Shown here: positions 36,509-50,910 of the stretch, one piece after another
Layout of the letters: the number at the start of each line of letters is the position of its first letter
How positions within the stretch are numbered: the stretch's first letter is position 1
Assembly: GCA_977016875.1 (NCBI GenBank)
Contig: CDRNST010000086.1
Span: 1,674,001-1,738,000, forward strand
Direction: 5' to 3'
DNA: 64,000 nt
Source: Pavona decussata
Taxonomy: Eukaryota
The notes under the pieces: generated by a model
The model's database searches: none
Seen by the model: the letters and a program-made list of their open reading frames with translations, nothing else
Told to the model about the DNA's origin: nothing
Program-made: the position numbers and the translations under genes

Positions 36509-39140
36509 AAGGCGCGAGTATCGAGTTAATTTCTCAGTTTAAGCTAATTTCTGGAACAATGGAGTTAGAATACCAACTTGAAAAATTCACGTGGGTCTGG
36601 GTCGCTCGATTTCACTTACCCACGAGAAAAATAGTCGATCACGTTCAATTGTCTGAGAAACATGCAACTCAATCAGTGCTTGATCAAGAATCATAAACTA
36701 AAAGTTATGCGACAAAGTCATGGCTATCTGTTACTCCAGACGGCTACAGCAAGTCAACACTGAATATTTACGGCGAGAAGGGAAAGGGGGGATTGTACAA
36801 AACATCTTAAATGCCATTTCAAATTAGGAAAGGTAAAATGTCCGCGTTGGTGTTTAAAAGTAAGGCTTTGTCCGGCATTGTATCAGTTTACTGTTTAATA
36901 GAAATAACTGCCACTAGCAAGCTAATCCGGCAATGACTGGTCAAAACACGCATGTAAAACGATACAGTAGCGAGAATGAGAGCAACCACACCCTAGACTT
37001 CGCATATGAGCAAACTAAAATAAAAGCGACAAATATACCCGCGAGATGTACGTGTGGGGAAACAGGGCGGGGTCAACGTTTACACGACCACCGCACTCGG
37101 CTTGAGCTACGCTGACGTGGAAATACTTGCAGAAAACTTGCTGAGGGACATGCTGGGGTCTGCAACACGCCCCAACTCATCAGGTATGCTCATTGGAAAA
37201 AATGTATTATAAAGAGAAGGACCTCTGGTATCTACCCTTCATTAACAAGTTGTCACGCGTGCATCAACGGTGTTGTTTCTCAAAATCGTAAGGTTTGCAG
37301 GCAAGCGTTTCCTCTCTTTTCTCCTCCCCACTTTAGGCTGTGGTTTAGGCGTGCAGGTACATTACATTTACAAATTAGTCATACAAACTGGGAAGTACGG
37401 TGTCGCATTATCCAATGGCGCCTGCTCTGAGTCCGGATCATGTGTCAAGTAGTCGCTTACGCGAGGTTAAAACAAAATTTCAGACCACCAGCCCAAAAAG
37501 TGGTCGCTGTCGCTTACGAGTTGTTTCAACTATGGTAATCTGACCAGGAAAATTTTGGTATTTTGGAAAAGTGCTCGCTTACGAGAGATGATGGTCACAC
37601 GCGGGAAGGATCGACTGTGCATGACCAAAAGGTGAAAGTTAAAGTTAAAGTTCAGAAAAGAAAAGAAAAAGAAGATACCTTCGTGGCCTCTTTCTTCAAC
37701 GGAACCTAAAAGTGTTACTATTCAAATGACAGCTGCACGGTGTTACCCCATGTAGTAAGGTGAAACTCAGTATAACCACAAGTCACAAAAATAAAATAAC
37801 TGAAATACAGCCGGTGGAAGTCACTCTCGGGGAATGGCTAAATGAGCGCTTTTAATACTAGAGGTTGCAACTTGACGGGAACATCCGATGTACTCGGGGA
37901 TGTTCCCAAACTAATGGCAACGAGATTGACCAAGTTTTTATAAAGGCCATCAAATTCTGGAAAAGGTAGAGGAGGTGGTCTTTAGGTACCTTGTGAGCCT
38001 ATATCATTTTCAAGGGACACATTCTCGTGTCACTGGTTAAAAGAGAATTTAATGAAAGAAGATGTAATGCTGAGAAGATTTGAACACAAAGTAACATGTT
38101 TACGGCGATTTGTGATTCTGAAAAATTGATAAACAGGGAATTCAATCGCCTGACAGGCTATGAGTGGTTAACCGTTTACTACAGGGTCAAGACAATAGAA
38201 ACAGCTCGTTGGGACTTGGTAAAGAGTGACTGCGACCGCTTAATAGAGGGTGGTGACCGCATTACACGGTGCTGCTCAATACAGCTTCAACTGTACAACC
38301 AGTCTAATTTATCTCTATAAAAATACTTTATTTCCATCATTTTTTTAATTTACAGCTAATTGATACAAAAATAAAAACACTTTTGATCGACCTGGATGGC
38401 CTGTCTTATTCTAATCAGTCCTAAAATACTGAAGCTTCAATCTCCATGCCAGGTGCAAGCATATAGAATGCTACGAAACAAAACAAAACAAATTCTTCGA
38501 AACACTTCTACCGCTCTACTTTTTACAAATACTACATAACAATGAGTGCAAAACTGTTAGCACTTTCGGTTTTCAGTGAGTTTTGTTGAAGTCATTTCGA
38601 AGAAAACATGCAAATTAATTTGAGGTGGCCACACTTTTGCAGCACCATAAAGTAAGGATGAGCCGTACCAGTTATTCAAAGGTAGGGTTCATGCAGACTA
38701 GAAACGAGTTAGGGAGAAAACGTAAGCTGTTCAACAACAGTACTCCATTCAAGTGAAGCACAAAAAAACAGTAAATTTTCTTGGGACTACAAACTGACGC
38801 TTTCATGAAAATAAAATTTATCGGAATACAGGGTAGAATGTACCCACCACTTCTTGTTTCAAGTGGTCCCGTGAAAGGTTTCAAAACAAAAGACATTTCT
38901 CATGAGTATTGATATTTTTGGATAGTACAGTACCTCTTCCAGACCTCTATTTTCATTGGTCTTCTAGTACAGTAGCTCCCATTGTTTTCTGTGGAGAATC
39001 TATTGTTCCCGACCAATGACCTATTGTTTCGTTCTCCAATCACAGACCTCGTCTGGATAGCTACTGTCTTTCTATCGAATATTTGGTATTGATACTGACA
39101 CACACTTACTATGGAAGGGTAGGGGACATGTTACTGTAAT

Positions 39141-39833
39141 AAACCCTTTAAGCCCAGTATCAACATGTGTTTTCTCCTCACCGTTTGTGATATATTTCTT
39201 ATGGTGGTAGTTGGGAGAACTTTACCAAACATTATGGTATCACAGGCTATCATCTCATGCTGGTCACTACTTGGACTTCAAGGGTTAGCAATAAGCTTTA
39301 CCGTCAATCTACCTGTACATCACGCATGACCGGTATTTTTTAGTTTTGAAATTAACATGTCGGTTTTGAACATCACCAGCAAGATTTCAGAGTTCCCATA
39401 GAAATTTCCCTGAGTTTATTGATGGTATAAAGCTATGAATTTTTCTTTACATTACAGCATTGAGTAATTTTTTTTTCAGTTAAATCGTGTCTTTTTCAGA
39501 AAGACTTCCAGAGAAATCTTCAAGATTCCATTCAAATGCCAAACATTACAAAGAGGAATTCAAATGTTCATTTCAATCTCGGAAATACTGGTCATGCGTG
39601 ACATGGACAGACTGGAAGCCCCAGTATCAACATGTGTATTCACCCCACTGTTTGCTTTAGATTTCTTATAGCACTAGTTAGGAGAATTTATTCAAACATC
39701 CAGACATTTATGGTACTGTATCTCGTTGGTGATCATTCCCTTAATTCTCATGACCTGTATGTTTGGTCCAGTAGTGATATTATAAGGAGAAATTACATGC
39801 TGATCACTATCACTTGAGACTTGAAGGATTAAC
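39141..39833. mobile_element. MITE cluster: two AAGCCCAGTATCAACATGTG-family copies flanking a hairpin element (39313-39610)
   Basis: Related copies at ~39141-39288 and ~39616-39833; CTGTACATCACGCATGACCGGTATTT / AAATACTGGTCATGCGTGACATGGACAG inverted pair. Confidence 0.65.
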
Positions 39834-42192
39834 TTAAACAAAACAATAAGATAGTTAATTGAATTCTCATCAAATGATAAAACCAAAGGGGACATCAGTG
39901 CATTAAAGCCCATTTCTCTCAAGCAGTTTGAAAAACTTGAGCCTGTCAGCCTGCCAAGATGCTCCTAATCAATATTCATAATTACACTTCCTATTCTGCA
40001 AACACAGTTCAATTCCACTTTCGTTACCTTCAAGACTAATGCATATTATCCATGCATGACTACAATTTAGTAAGTAAACATTATTTACAGTGTAGCCAGG
40101 CTGACAAAAGCAAATAATTTATCAATAAATGAATACCAAGCAATATTAGAGCTCGTGGCCCAAGGAAGATGATATGTTACTTGTAAACCTCATAGCTTGT
40201 CCCCCAACACCCCCACCCCCAGAAAAAAAAGGTTGCTCTTATCAAAGACAAATGAGGACAACAGTTTGTTGACCAAGATACTCAAAAATCAACATTCTCA
40301 GTGTAAATAGATCCTACATGCCACTTTGTTCCCACTGGTCACTGCAACCATGATATTATAGTGGTCAGTCTTCTCATGGGGAAAGGGGGGGGGGGGTATG
40401 TGTGTTTAAAGTTGCCAACCCTATTCCTACATACTGAAGCATATAGTGCAACCATTCAATCAAATTTCAGAGTAAAAACAAGGTAATCAGTAAGGCCAGA
40501 AAATGACAAAAAAAATATATTCTTGCAGACAAAGTAAACATTTTAGGGATACCTTGATCAAATTCAGAACAAGGTCAAAACAGCAAACTACCATGTCATT
40601 TATTCTGCCCCATCAGGAAAAATACATATAAAATGTGAAATAGAATTAAGCCTCTTACAGGGCTTCAAAACCATGAGACCCGACAGATTCCAAAAGGGGC
40701 TAAAAAGTGAAAATGAAAATTTAGTGACAATGATGCCCACAGCCACATTACATTCCCCATACAAACTGGTGCCCAGTAAAAAGGGAGGACACCAAAACAA
40801 TTCAAAAAAATCTAAAGGCAAAACCTGAAATTACTACACCACATTTTTCTGTATACATATAGTCAAAATAAAAAGTGGGACAATAATTATCTCCTTCCAA
40901 ATGATGTTGTAACGGTCAAATACAGAATAAAAAAGCATTTTTTGTTAATGTTTATGGTTTTGAGTGTACTTGTCAGAAGAATCGATCAAAATATTCAAAA
41001 TATTCACCACAGGAAAACATTACCGATCAAGTTTCATTAAATATATGTCCTACTGCCCACAAAATAGCCCAGTTTGACAGTAAACAATATGGGTGCTAAT
41101 TAATGACACCCCACTCACAGTCAGTAATGCAGTAACTGCATTTTGCAATCAACCAACATGTGTTGACCAAGTCGGAAGTGCTAGAAACCAGGACAGGTTA
41201 CTGGACAACAACAACTAGTATAATTTTTACACATTCACTAATTAGTCCAAGAACTCAAATCACCTAGCAGTTTTTTTCTTAGGACATTCAATGAATGCTA
41301 GTGACAACAGAAGCCACAAAAATTCCAAATTCCAAATTATTTTCTGTTATAAAACTTTATGCTGATGCAGACAAGGTAAAATATCTACACCAAATGTGAA
41401 TTTTTACAATAACCGAAAAACAGGCTTTCCTTTGTTTACGATAATTTGACTTTTAATTTTGGCAAAAGTTACGACACAAGGTAGTGTCAAACATAACAAA
41501 TTTCACAAAGAGGAACAAGAAAATTTACTGAGCAAATGTTTTGGTTTTGTTGCTATGTATTGCTGCATGAGAAATGCAATGATATGCAATATTATTTTCA
41601 TAAAAATTCTCAAGTGTATTATAAGCAGATACAATGATTGCACTTGGCCCAACCACATCAGTACTAATTAAAATATGCTAACAGTACTCTGTATATAGCA
41701 GATGTCACTTTAAACTTCTAAACAGCAGCAAGAAGTAGCAAAAAATCAAGACAACTACATGAAACTGCCAGTAGGAGTTTGCTACATGTAATACCAGTAT
41801 GCCTATCTTTGTAATCTAACAATATATACTAGCTTCTTGCAGGCAAGCATCAAATTAAGTGCCAGCTATGAAATGCTATCAGATAAAATTATCACTTACT
41901 AGACTACATATTTGCATAACAACCTGGTTTGGTGATGCTGCAGGCCGTTCTATTTCTGTAGCCACCAAGCTAACGTTACACCGCAAATCTGACAAGCTGC
42001 AGAAATGAAGGTGCATTCCAAATGATTCCACACTGTGCTAGCTTGGGGATCTGGTCGACGCTCCCTTGCTACAACCTATGTTGTTGAAGGCGCACAAATA
42101 ACATGGAGCCATGATTCTCAAGAGAGATGCAAAACATCTCCTGTGAGCAAGACTGCCTCAAAAATATTCCACCACACCAAAGAGCATCAATT

Positions 42193-45100
42193 CTATGTTT
42201 TGTCTTTCATTTTAGACATGATTGCCCTGACACGCTTTTGAGCTAAAGCCGCTGCTGAAACAGCGTTCTCAGCAGCTCTTGCTGCATCCATGGCTTTATC
42301 CCGTGATGCTGCAGCTCTGGAAAGTGCAATGTGTGACTTCTGTTCTGCCTTGTCAGCTGCATCTTGAGCTCCTTCACAAACTACACGGAGTCTTTGCTTG
42401 AATCGAGTCACAAGGGAAACCAATGGGCCCTTCTTTCTCACATCTGAAACTAGTTCATCATTTTTCCATTCCCCTTCAAGTTTTGTGCCATCAGGATAGG
42501 TTGCAACACCCAAACCATGACGCATGTTTTCACTCCATTCGCCAACATAGCTAAACCCATCACTGTCCTCAATGATTCCATAACCGTGGCGTTTGTCGTT
42601 CTTCCATTCTCCCTTGTAAGTCTCTATCAAGCGATTTTCTGCCCTTTGAATTTGTCCATTAGAATCAACAGTTTCCATCGTGTACGAGTGTGCCGAACCA
42701 CTTCCTGCTGTACTGTTCATTGACCCATTTTCACTTGGGGGTCTTGGGGATTGCGACTGGTTATCAGAAGTTTGAGAAGGGGTTTTTCGATGGCGTGGAT
42801 TGGACTTAATGTTCTGACCACCTGTAGGTACAACACCATTAGATTTAAAGTTATCCACGGTAGACTGTCTAGAAACACAGCGCTTGTAATGCCTTGTGGT
42901 GCTGTTTTCTCGTTTGACCTCACCACTTCGTATCGCATAGCCAGAGCGCATCCCTGTTTTCCACTGTCCATAATAATATCCTGAAAGATCAGGGAACAAG
43001 ATTTGATTAGCATTATGTTAATTATAAATTAAAAGTTAACAACTGCATGACACTGTATGGGAGATGGATGCCTGGGATATCCATGGGCCTCCACTGTGAC
43101 CAACCAACCCCTAGACAGTATACTGCTCTATGGCTAGCAATCCCCACAACCCATCCGTCAGCCTCCATGCTAAGTTCTCCAGGCAACCGTCACACTGTGA
43201 TAACAGTGCAAATGGGGGCAGGGGTGGGGAGGGTGGTGGGAGGACAATGAAGAAATGGACCAAAAAACATGCCTGAAAGAAAAATGAAGAGTTTGTTCGC
43301 ACACTCCGAAAACCTCCATATTTCAACACTAGTATGTTGAAAGAGTGCCTTATTTGAGTATGCTCTAATGTATTGATACCACTGACCCAGGACAAATACA
43401 AGCTTCTGTTTGTTGTTCACCCCTAGGGGGAAATCTTCACTTAGGAAAGAAGGGTCTATGGATGAAATCCCACAATATAAACAATCCAAATCAATTAAAA
43501 AGCCACTGAGCAGGACTTGAATGTTACATTGTGTTGTTTGTTCTTTAAAAAAATACAAATAGCCTCCAACAAGTGTTTAGGTCTTTGACAAGTACTTTTT
43601 TTTTTCTTCTGTAGAAGAGACATTCATGTACATAAGCAAAAAAGAACTTGCCAAGAAGATTCTCATACAAGCATGATTCCTGTCATCAGATACATTACAA
43701 TGTGCTTGCCCAGTCTGACAAATACAATTTTCTGGAAAATAATTCTTTATGTTCCTACATGTAGATATTTTGGTTTGACAGCGTTGTTATAATGTTCTAT
43801 TATTCATTATCATGTACAAGAGATTATTTGATGGTTTGGTGGACAGGGCTAAGCAAAATTTGTTTGGGTTAATCAAAACCAATACAGGAAGAATGGTGCC
43901 ATAAGAGGAACTCCTTGTTGCTCAAAACTAAGTTTCCAGCCCTGGGAAAGTGAGTTCTCTATATACATAAAGTGTTTAAGCCAGAAGGGTTTTCCAGGCA
44001 TCCAAAGGACAAGCATTTTTCTGGAAAAAAAATCATTGAAAATTCACCTTATCCTACAAACATTTTAAGATTTTTTTTTTTTTTTACAGCTTTTGGATTT
44101 CTGGCTAAAAGGCATACTCCAAACAAATTTCACCTGATTATAATATGTTCAATATCATTGCATAATGGTTGAATTAAGGTAACAACAACAACAACAACAA
44201 CAACAATTTATTTCAATATTCCCATATATATGGTAATATTTTCTAAATTCTCAACATATGGGCAAATGGTATTGAGATCTCACACAGTCACTGAAGCACA
44301 ATCACCCACTCAAAGGCTTGTCAAAAATTGTTTCTATTCAATTACCTTACTATGTTTATCTCTAATACCTTCCATAAAAGTTACTGAAAGTCGTTATGCA
44401 GGCTTTAATTGGTACAAAAACTATTAAATGCATCATTGATATATAATGTTGAACACTGAGTTTCAGACCACAAAAGGTTGTGCTTGACTGCTGAACAAAG
44501 CACAGATAACAGCTTAGTTCATTTTCTTGCCTCTGCAGGTGACTATAAGCCTGCCGCGAACAGAATTAGAAAAGAGCCTTGCTGATGTATTAATAAAACA
44601 TGAACAAAATTGTTGCCATATCAACCTGTAAGAAGCAACAACACCAACATAATTACAGAATTCCGAAATATTGGTTTGTAATGAATGGTGTTGCTTGAGA
44701 TAACACAGATTATTTGTACATAGGCATGCAATTTTCTGCTTCAATCAAGCATCACCAGATCACTGGCGTATGCAGCTCTGTTCTAGCCAAGACATACTCT
44801 CTACGAGGAGGCCAGACCAGTGACAACAATCTACTATAAACACCAGTGCTTGTTCAAGCTCACCAGGGCTCTTTAAGTTTTGTGACATCCTATTAAGTCA
44901 TGACAAGAAACTACAGATCTGTTTCCTTGGTACAGTACAGACTCAATCACATGGCAATTACCACCTAAACCCTGTCCCTCCTATTTGCACAGTGATGCAA
45001 ATTAGATCTATTTCTAAATCATGCCACCATTTTTCCAAAAATAAATGTGACTTTGCAAGAAAAAATCTACAGGAAGTATTCGGCATACATAATAAACAAT

Positions 45101-47251
45101 TACGTTCAGGACCGAGGCCTGTAGCTCATCAAATAACAAAGCTGAACCGCTTGGATCAGATAATTCCCATATGTGAAATTGCCTTTGATGTAAATCAAGA
45201 AAAATCACAGCCATGACCTAAACGACTGTGTCAATTAAAGAATTATTGACTAGCTAATTTCAACTCCATAAGAAACGCAGGGCCGACCAGAAAGGCAGAA
45301 AACAGGCAAACGAGCCTATCATGCGAAAAATTCGAGGCCGTGAAATCAAATCTTGAGACTTCAAGAAATAAAAGATGGGCGACCCTAAAACCGCCCTGAT
45401 TTCTGGAACCTATCTACTGTAAAAGGAATCAATCAGACGAAGTACAGAACAATCTGTTGTAAAACTCAGCTATTTTAGAGTTGAACTAAGCCATTCAATC
45501 ATTGAATAGCCAGCCACGTACTGAACAATAAAAACTGACAACACAATCAATAGTTCTCTCTCCAAGGGAGACGCGCCTAAACATTCCCGCTTCGAAAATG
45601 TTTTGGTGCCTTCTAGAACGTCCGATTTGAAATAATTGCCGCTAAAGCGTCCATTCGTTGACGAAAACGTTCGCTGAAAATATCAACAATCGTTTACTGT
45701 GTTGACAGATTGTCAGTTTGAGCACAGAGCTAGAGCACGAACCGAAGAAAATAATTTCGACCAGCACGTTTAACAGCCGATCTTTCCCTAGCTGTCGCAA
45801 ACTCCCAACGCTTCCATCGCCGTTGTCTATTCGAGTTCTTTACTAAGTGCTTTCCGATAGATTCATTTGCAAATACCGTATCCAGAGATTTGGGTGATTT
45901 CCAAACTTTAGCGAAACAGACGAGCTCAACAAACCCTCGCATGAGCCGAAGAATTAAACAGCCGCCAATATGCAGATATTTGAAATTCTGCTGAACAAGT
46001 CAAGCATAGAAAAGCAGTCTAGAAAATAGACAAATCTGGTCAAGACGTAGGTTTTGGCTATAGGAAGCCTTCCTACGACATAAAACAACAGCGAAAAATG
46101 CTAATCGCTTCAAACAAAACGCAGTTTGTAGAATTAGTTCACGACACAGGGTGAAGCGAAGTCTGCTTTTGTCAACTGTGTTTAACTTTATGTCTAAACT
46201 TCTATGTTTCGTCTTCAATACAATAACATAGCCATTGGCATTTTCACAGATATAATACTTTCTTAAATAAGCGAGCTATTTTTGATTGCTGTCGCCTATA
46301 TTCGACTTGATTGAATAATTCCTTTCGTTTCAACCATACGTACCTCGCAGAAGTTTTGAATCAAAGCAAGATTACAAATATTACCAGTATAAATCAAATG
46401 TTTTGTGGATTACCACAAGCATTGATACGGACTCTGCGTATAAAAACACGATCTTTGATAACGTCCGACATTCACAAAATAAGCTTAATTAGCAAGCACA
46501 GTTCTACGAAAAAACGTCCACAACTGTCAAATTGGTTATGTTCCCATAGGCACATACGAACCTCTATTAAAATCCGGAAAAAGGAAATCCAGGAAAAACA
46601 CATTAAAATCCGTTTAATGTAGCATAACAAGGGGACAAATGAAAGAAATCAAGCGAGTTTAGTATATGCTTATGGCAGAAAGTTAAGATAATTTTAACCG
46701 ACTCAAAAAAATACAGTAATGTATCGTAGTCTGGTGACACAAATGATCAATTGAGTTAATTTTCGGGCCTGTGTTCAGTTGCGCGAACTCAAGTTTAGTC
46801 TTATCTGCTACCGAATATACCAGCAAATCTTTCTTCCCCTACACTTAACGCTTGCTTGTTTGGACCAAAACCTACCTCCATCGGCATAGATCTCAATGCC
46901 ATAACCTTCCTGTAGTCCAGACGTCCAACTTCCTTCGTAACGAGCCCCGCTTTCGGACTTCTGTACTCCATATCGTGCTTTAAAACCTTCCTCCCATTCA
47001 CCTTGATATGTCCATTTTCCGCGATACTCAACCCCGAGTCCGTGTCTACGTCCACCGACCCAGTCGCCCTCAAAACGATGGCCGTTTGGCCAAACATACA
47101 CTCCGCAGAGTTCAAAACCGTTGTTCCACGAACCTTCGTAGCGTGCTTGGCCCTTCGGTCCAGTACAGATGCCATATCCGTGCGCTTTGCTGTTTTTCCA
47201 TTCTCCGCAGTAAGTTCCGCCATCTTCAAAGTCAAAGCGACCACCGCTCAT
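42193..47251 (-). CDS. JPH: Junctophilin (8 MORN repeats + alpha-helical domain), 2 coding exons, 387 aa as read
   Basis: Exon 1 47251-46876 ([18 protein letters not shown]...[14 protein letters not shown]...YADG, donor GTAGGT). Exon 2 42980-42193 (acceptor TTTCAG; [50 protein letters not shown], Ala-rich helix [26 protein letters not shown]). The phase-1 junction is in frame. Confidence 0.93.
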
Positions 47252-47749
47252 AATCAACCGCGGTAAGCATAGCTCGGTAGCAAGTAAAATTTGTATCAGT
47301 AAAGCGAGTCAATGCACCACTCTTACTTCGCTCGCATGTTTTACTTGACTGACACTAATTGACCGCTCGCGTTCGATCACTCTCCGGGACATTCCATGCA
47401 CGCATGACCTCTACACAAAACCGCTTTACACATGCTGCATTTCAATCAGGGCTCACGTACTCGCGTTTATTGCAGGACTAAACCGTAAATAAAAAATAAT
47501 AATTTTATATTAGTGAACGTGCAAAGCAGCCATTTAAAAAGAATTTTTAGAACATAAAACAAGGCTGGCCCCATAATCCGTGACTCCATACAGGCCGTTC
47601 AGTTCGCGCGCTAGCCTCCCACGCACTCGTTTTTAGGGGAGGAGGGTAACACGACACCCCTAAAAACGACTGCGTGGGCCGGGCATAACGTGATTAGGTA
47701 TAGTTGTTTACACGATGCCAACCGGAACGGTTCCAAAATTGGACCCCAG

Positions 47750-47989
47750 GGCCGTGTTGCTCAAAGCCCGATTAAACTAATCCTGGGTTAACGTGAACTT
47801 TGATTCGAGTATATTTACTAATCCATAAGGATTCGTCCAAAAGATTTTTGTCCCTCAGTTTTGCCTTAGACTTTTCTTTACCATTAGATTAAAATGAGCC
47901 TTTAAAATCATCTTTAATGAGCAAGCTAAAAACCTCGGTTAACTTTTAATCGTGGATTGGTGTTAATCGGCTTTCGAACAATCTGGCCC
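47750..47989. mobile_element. MITE (GGGCC..TTG.TC.AAAGCC.GATTAA TIR)
   Basis: GGGCCGTGTTGCTCAAAGCCCGATTAAACTAATCC ... GGATTGGTGTTAATCGGCTTTCGAACAATCTGGCCC. Confidence 0.7.
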
Positions 47990-50910
47990 CCAGGTCTGTT
48001 CAAAAAACAGACTGGATATTGGGAACGGATAGCCTGCCGGTACGGATTGCCGAGGTTCCGTGTGAACAAAAGGCCTACCGGTCCGATTCTTTGGACCGGA
48101 TCCATTTGGAACCTAACCTCTGCCTGACTGATCTAACACCAGGTCTAACACCAAGACCAGACCTTTACAGGCCGTAAGGAAGGGGGGGGGGGGGGAGGGG
48201 AGCCTACCGCCCTGAGCTACAACGTCGCTTCAACAAAACCAGAGTACATGAACAATCTCTGATCAGCACTACAACATAATTCACTTATCAATATGCCTAA
48301 TCAAACGCTATTGCTAGAAGTGAAATCAGTAATTACGAAACAGCTCCTCACACTGAAGTCATTACAGCAAACGAGTCTGCAACTGGTTACAATCAAACAA
48401 ACCGGAACCCTCAAGAAAACATTTAAAGGATTGCCCACTTCACACCCCCAACAACGACCCCCTGACGTGACGGATTATCCGGGCTAGCCCGAAACCAAAC
48501 GGCGACTTTTCTCCCTTGGGAATACCGAAGATCTGTCGGAGATCAGCAAAACGAAAAGCCGTAGCAAAACCCCGGGGTTACTATGACAACCCTAGGTTAA
48601 AACCTTCGCAATTTTAGGAAATGTGTGGGAAAACGCAGAAACGTTCCATTTGAAATTACATTGCTATGAATATTTAAATTTAGCTCAAAGCGAGACAAAA
48701 ATGTACTTCATTCGTTACGTTTAGTCATTGTTTTTTTTTTTCATCAAAATGGCGAATTGTAGCTGCGAATTGAAGGGTCTTAAACGTATAGTAAAGGAAA
48801 CGACCCGCACAAAACTCTTCAAATGACCGGCTAAAACTCGCCGTTTTTATTAAGTCTCACGACCCTTTCCCAGATGCCCTTGAACGAGTTAAGGTCAATG
48901 ACAGTTCCATGTATCTCCACATTCGGTTGCCACGTGTTCGCGCCACGCTGGTATTGAGAGATTTCCCTTGTCTCTCCGTTATTCGAATAAGATTAGATTT
49001 AGTTAAACATCATTTTTTTTTTCTTTTTTCTGTTTTCGTTATCCTTGAAAAATTGACCTTGACGTCAGTTCCCTTTCCGGGCAAAGGAAATTAAGTCCTC
49101 TACAATTCCTTCAGACCTGCACAGACACTCATCACATTTTAAAACTCTTTTCACCACTATATGCTTTTCCTTGATGTTGATTACAGGGATTTACAAAACG
49201 AAGAACTGTTTTACTCACCACTGAACGCAGAAACATCGATATCCTTACAAACAAAGGTGCTGAATTTTGACCTTGGGGCCGCAAACGTTATCATCATGTA
49301 TCCCGCAGACGTACCACCCCTATCGGCCGTAGATAACATAATACAACCACAAATTAAGTAATTGTTAGTGAAAGCTGTGTGTATTAGCAGCTAGCAACAG
49401 ACTTAGAGAAGCAATGTCACCTATGAATAGCCCAAAACATATGTTTGACAAATGAAACGTTACTGAAACAGTCAATGGTCCAGAGTCTGTTAACTGTTAC
49501 CGACTTTACCAGTTTACAGAATGTTTGATTGCGGATAGCAAGAATGGATATGGATTGTGACCTTAAAATAATTGACTAATTTTTCAGGTCCTCCCTCCTG
49601 TGTACTACAAACATCGCTAGAAACTGATTTTGAGAAATCACTTGAAGTTTTCTTCTCAGTACTCCACAAAGAAGAGCAGTTTTACCATATGTTTGAGCAA
49701 AGGCCGTAACCGCTATGTTACATATTTGTAATGTTGCAGTTTCCATTAAAAAAAAAAAAACCGGCGGCAAAATCTCTTTGACAATGTCTTAAGTTGTCCA
49801 GACCGTGATAAAGCCGTTTGTTCGTGGTTGTGCATGATCGTTGCACGTTAACATCAGACGGTGGTTTGCCGGTTCACTTACTATCATTCTAACGTTTACT
49901 TGATAATTAGACACCGATGCTCTATCAAGATGAACAAAGTTGTACATTTTAGCTGTCCTGCATCGTAATCCTTGCGCAGAAATTTGAAAGAAACCCAAAA
50001 TTTCAAATCCTACTCTTTCATCCGTACATGAGCTTCTTAATGAGTGAGGAAAACTCTTCATTTTAATTCAGTATACGGTCTTCCTTCCAAAACCACTACC
50101 AATGTAACAGACTTTAGGCTGGTAAAACAATCCAGATGCGCGCTGACCCAGTGATCAAACGATAGCATCCACATAAGGCATCTGAGATTAACGCGAATTA
50201 AATTAGGTATAGCGGAAACTGATATGTTTGATTAAGAAATTTAACCCTGGCTCAGAAATCTTGCAGTCTATTAATACACTGAAACCATTTATTAGAAAGA
50301 CAATTCAAATCATTATCAGCATCTGGGCATGGACTGACTGCTCACTAAAAATTGCCTATAAAGTTTCATAAAGTTAAATAAACTTGCCTTATGCTCAGGT
50401 GTCTTGAACGCGCTTATAATTACCTTCAAACTGCCTTGTGTAATTATCTTCTCCAAAAATCCCTTACGCAATTCAATTGAAAATTTGGACTTAAACAGTC
50501 CCAAAAGTCCGCGCTTTAAAACCCCATGCATAAAGTACACAGCCTTACGACTGTCAGAAGTGCGCACTTTACGACCCCTAACAGTGCGCACTTTGAGACT
50601 TCATAAAGTGGAAATTTTGGATCAATATTCGTCTCTGAGCAGTAGAAGTCGATTTGTATATCTAGCGCTCAAATAATAAAACACATATGTGTTACAGTAG
50701 TTTCAATCTACATTAGTATAAATCTACTAGTGTTCTATCACGAATGCCGTTCTCTGATTGGCTACGCTACTCGCTATCTATTCTGTGATAGATAGTGAGT
50801 AGCGGTTTTCAACAAAATGGCGGCCGCTTCGTCGCGTTTTCGAAGTGTCTGCGATGAGGAAATAGATAATTTTCTTGTTTAGTTTTGAACGACTAGTAGA
50901 TTTATACTAA

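Noticed and set aside
40600-40821. Moderately hydrophobic minus-strand ORF as a candidate junctophilin TM exon
   Set aside because: No clean ~20-residue C-terminal TM segment and no matching donor in exon 2. Needs RNA data to exclude fully.
42190-42195. Stop-codon readthrough extending junctophilin
   Set aside because: TAG is followed by AAT TGA, so readthrough would add only two residues.
48577-48590. RFX X-box-like GTTACTATGACAAC upstream of junctophilin
   Set aside because: Imperfect match, 1.3 kb from the ATG in repeat-rich DNA; unsupported without conservation data.
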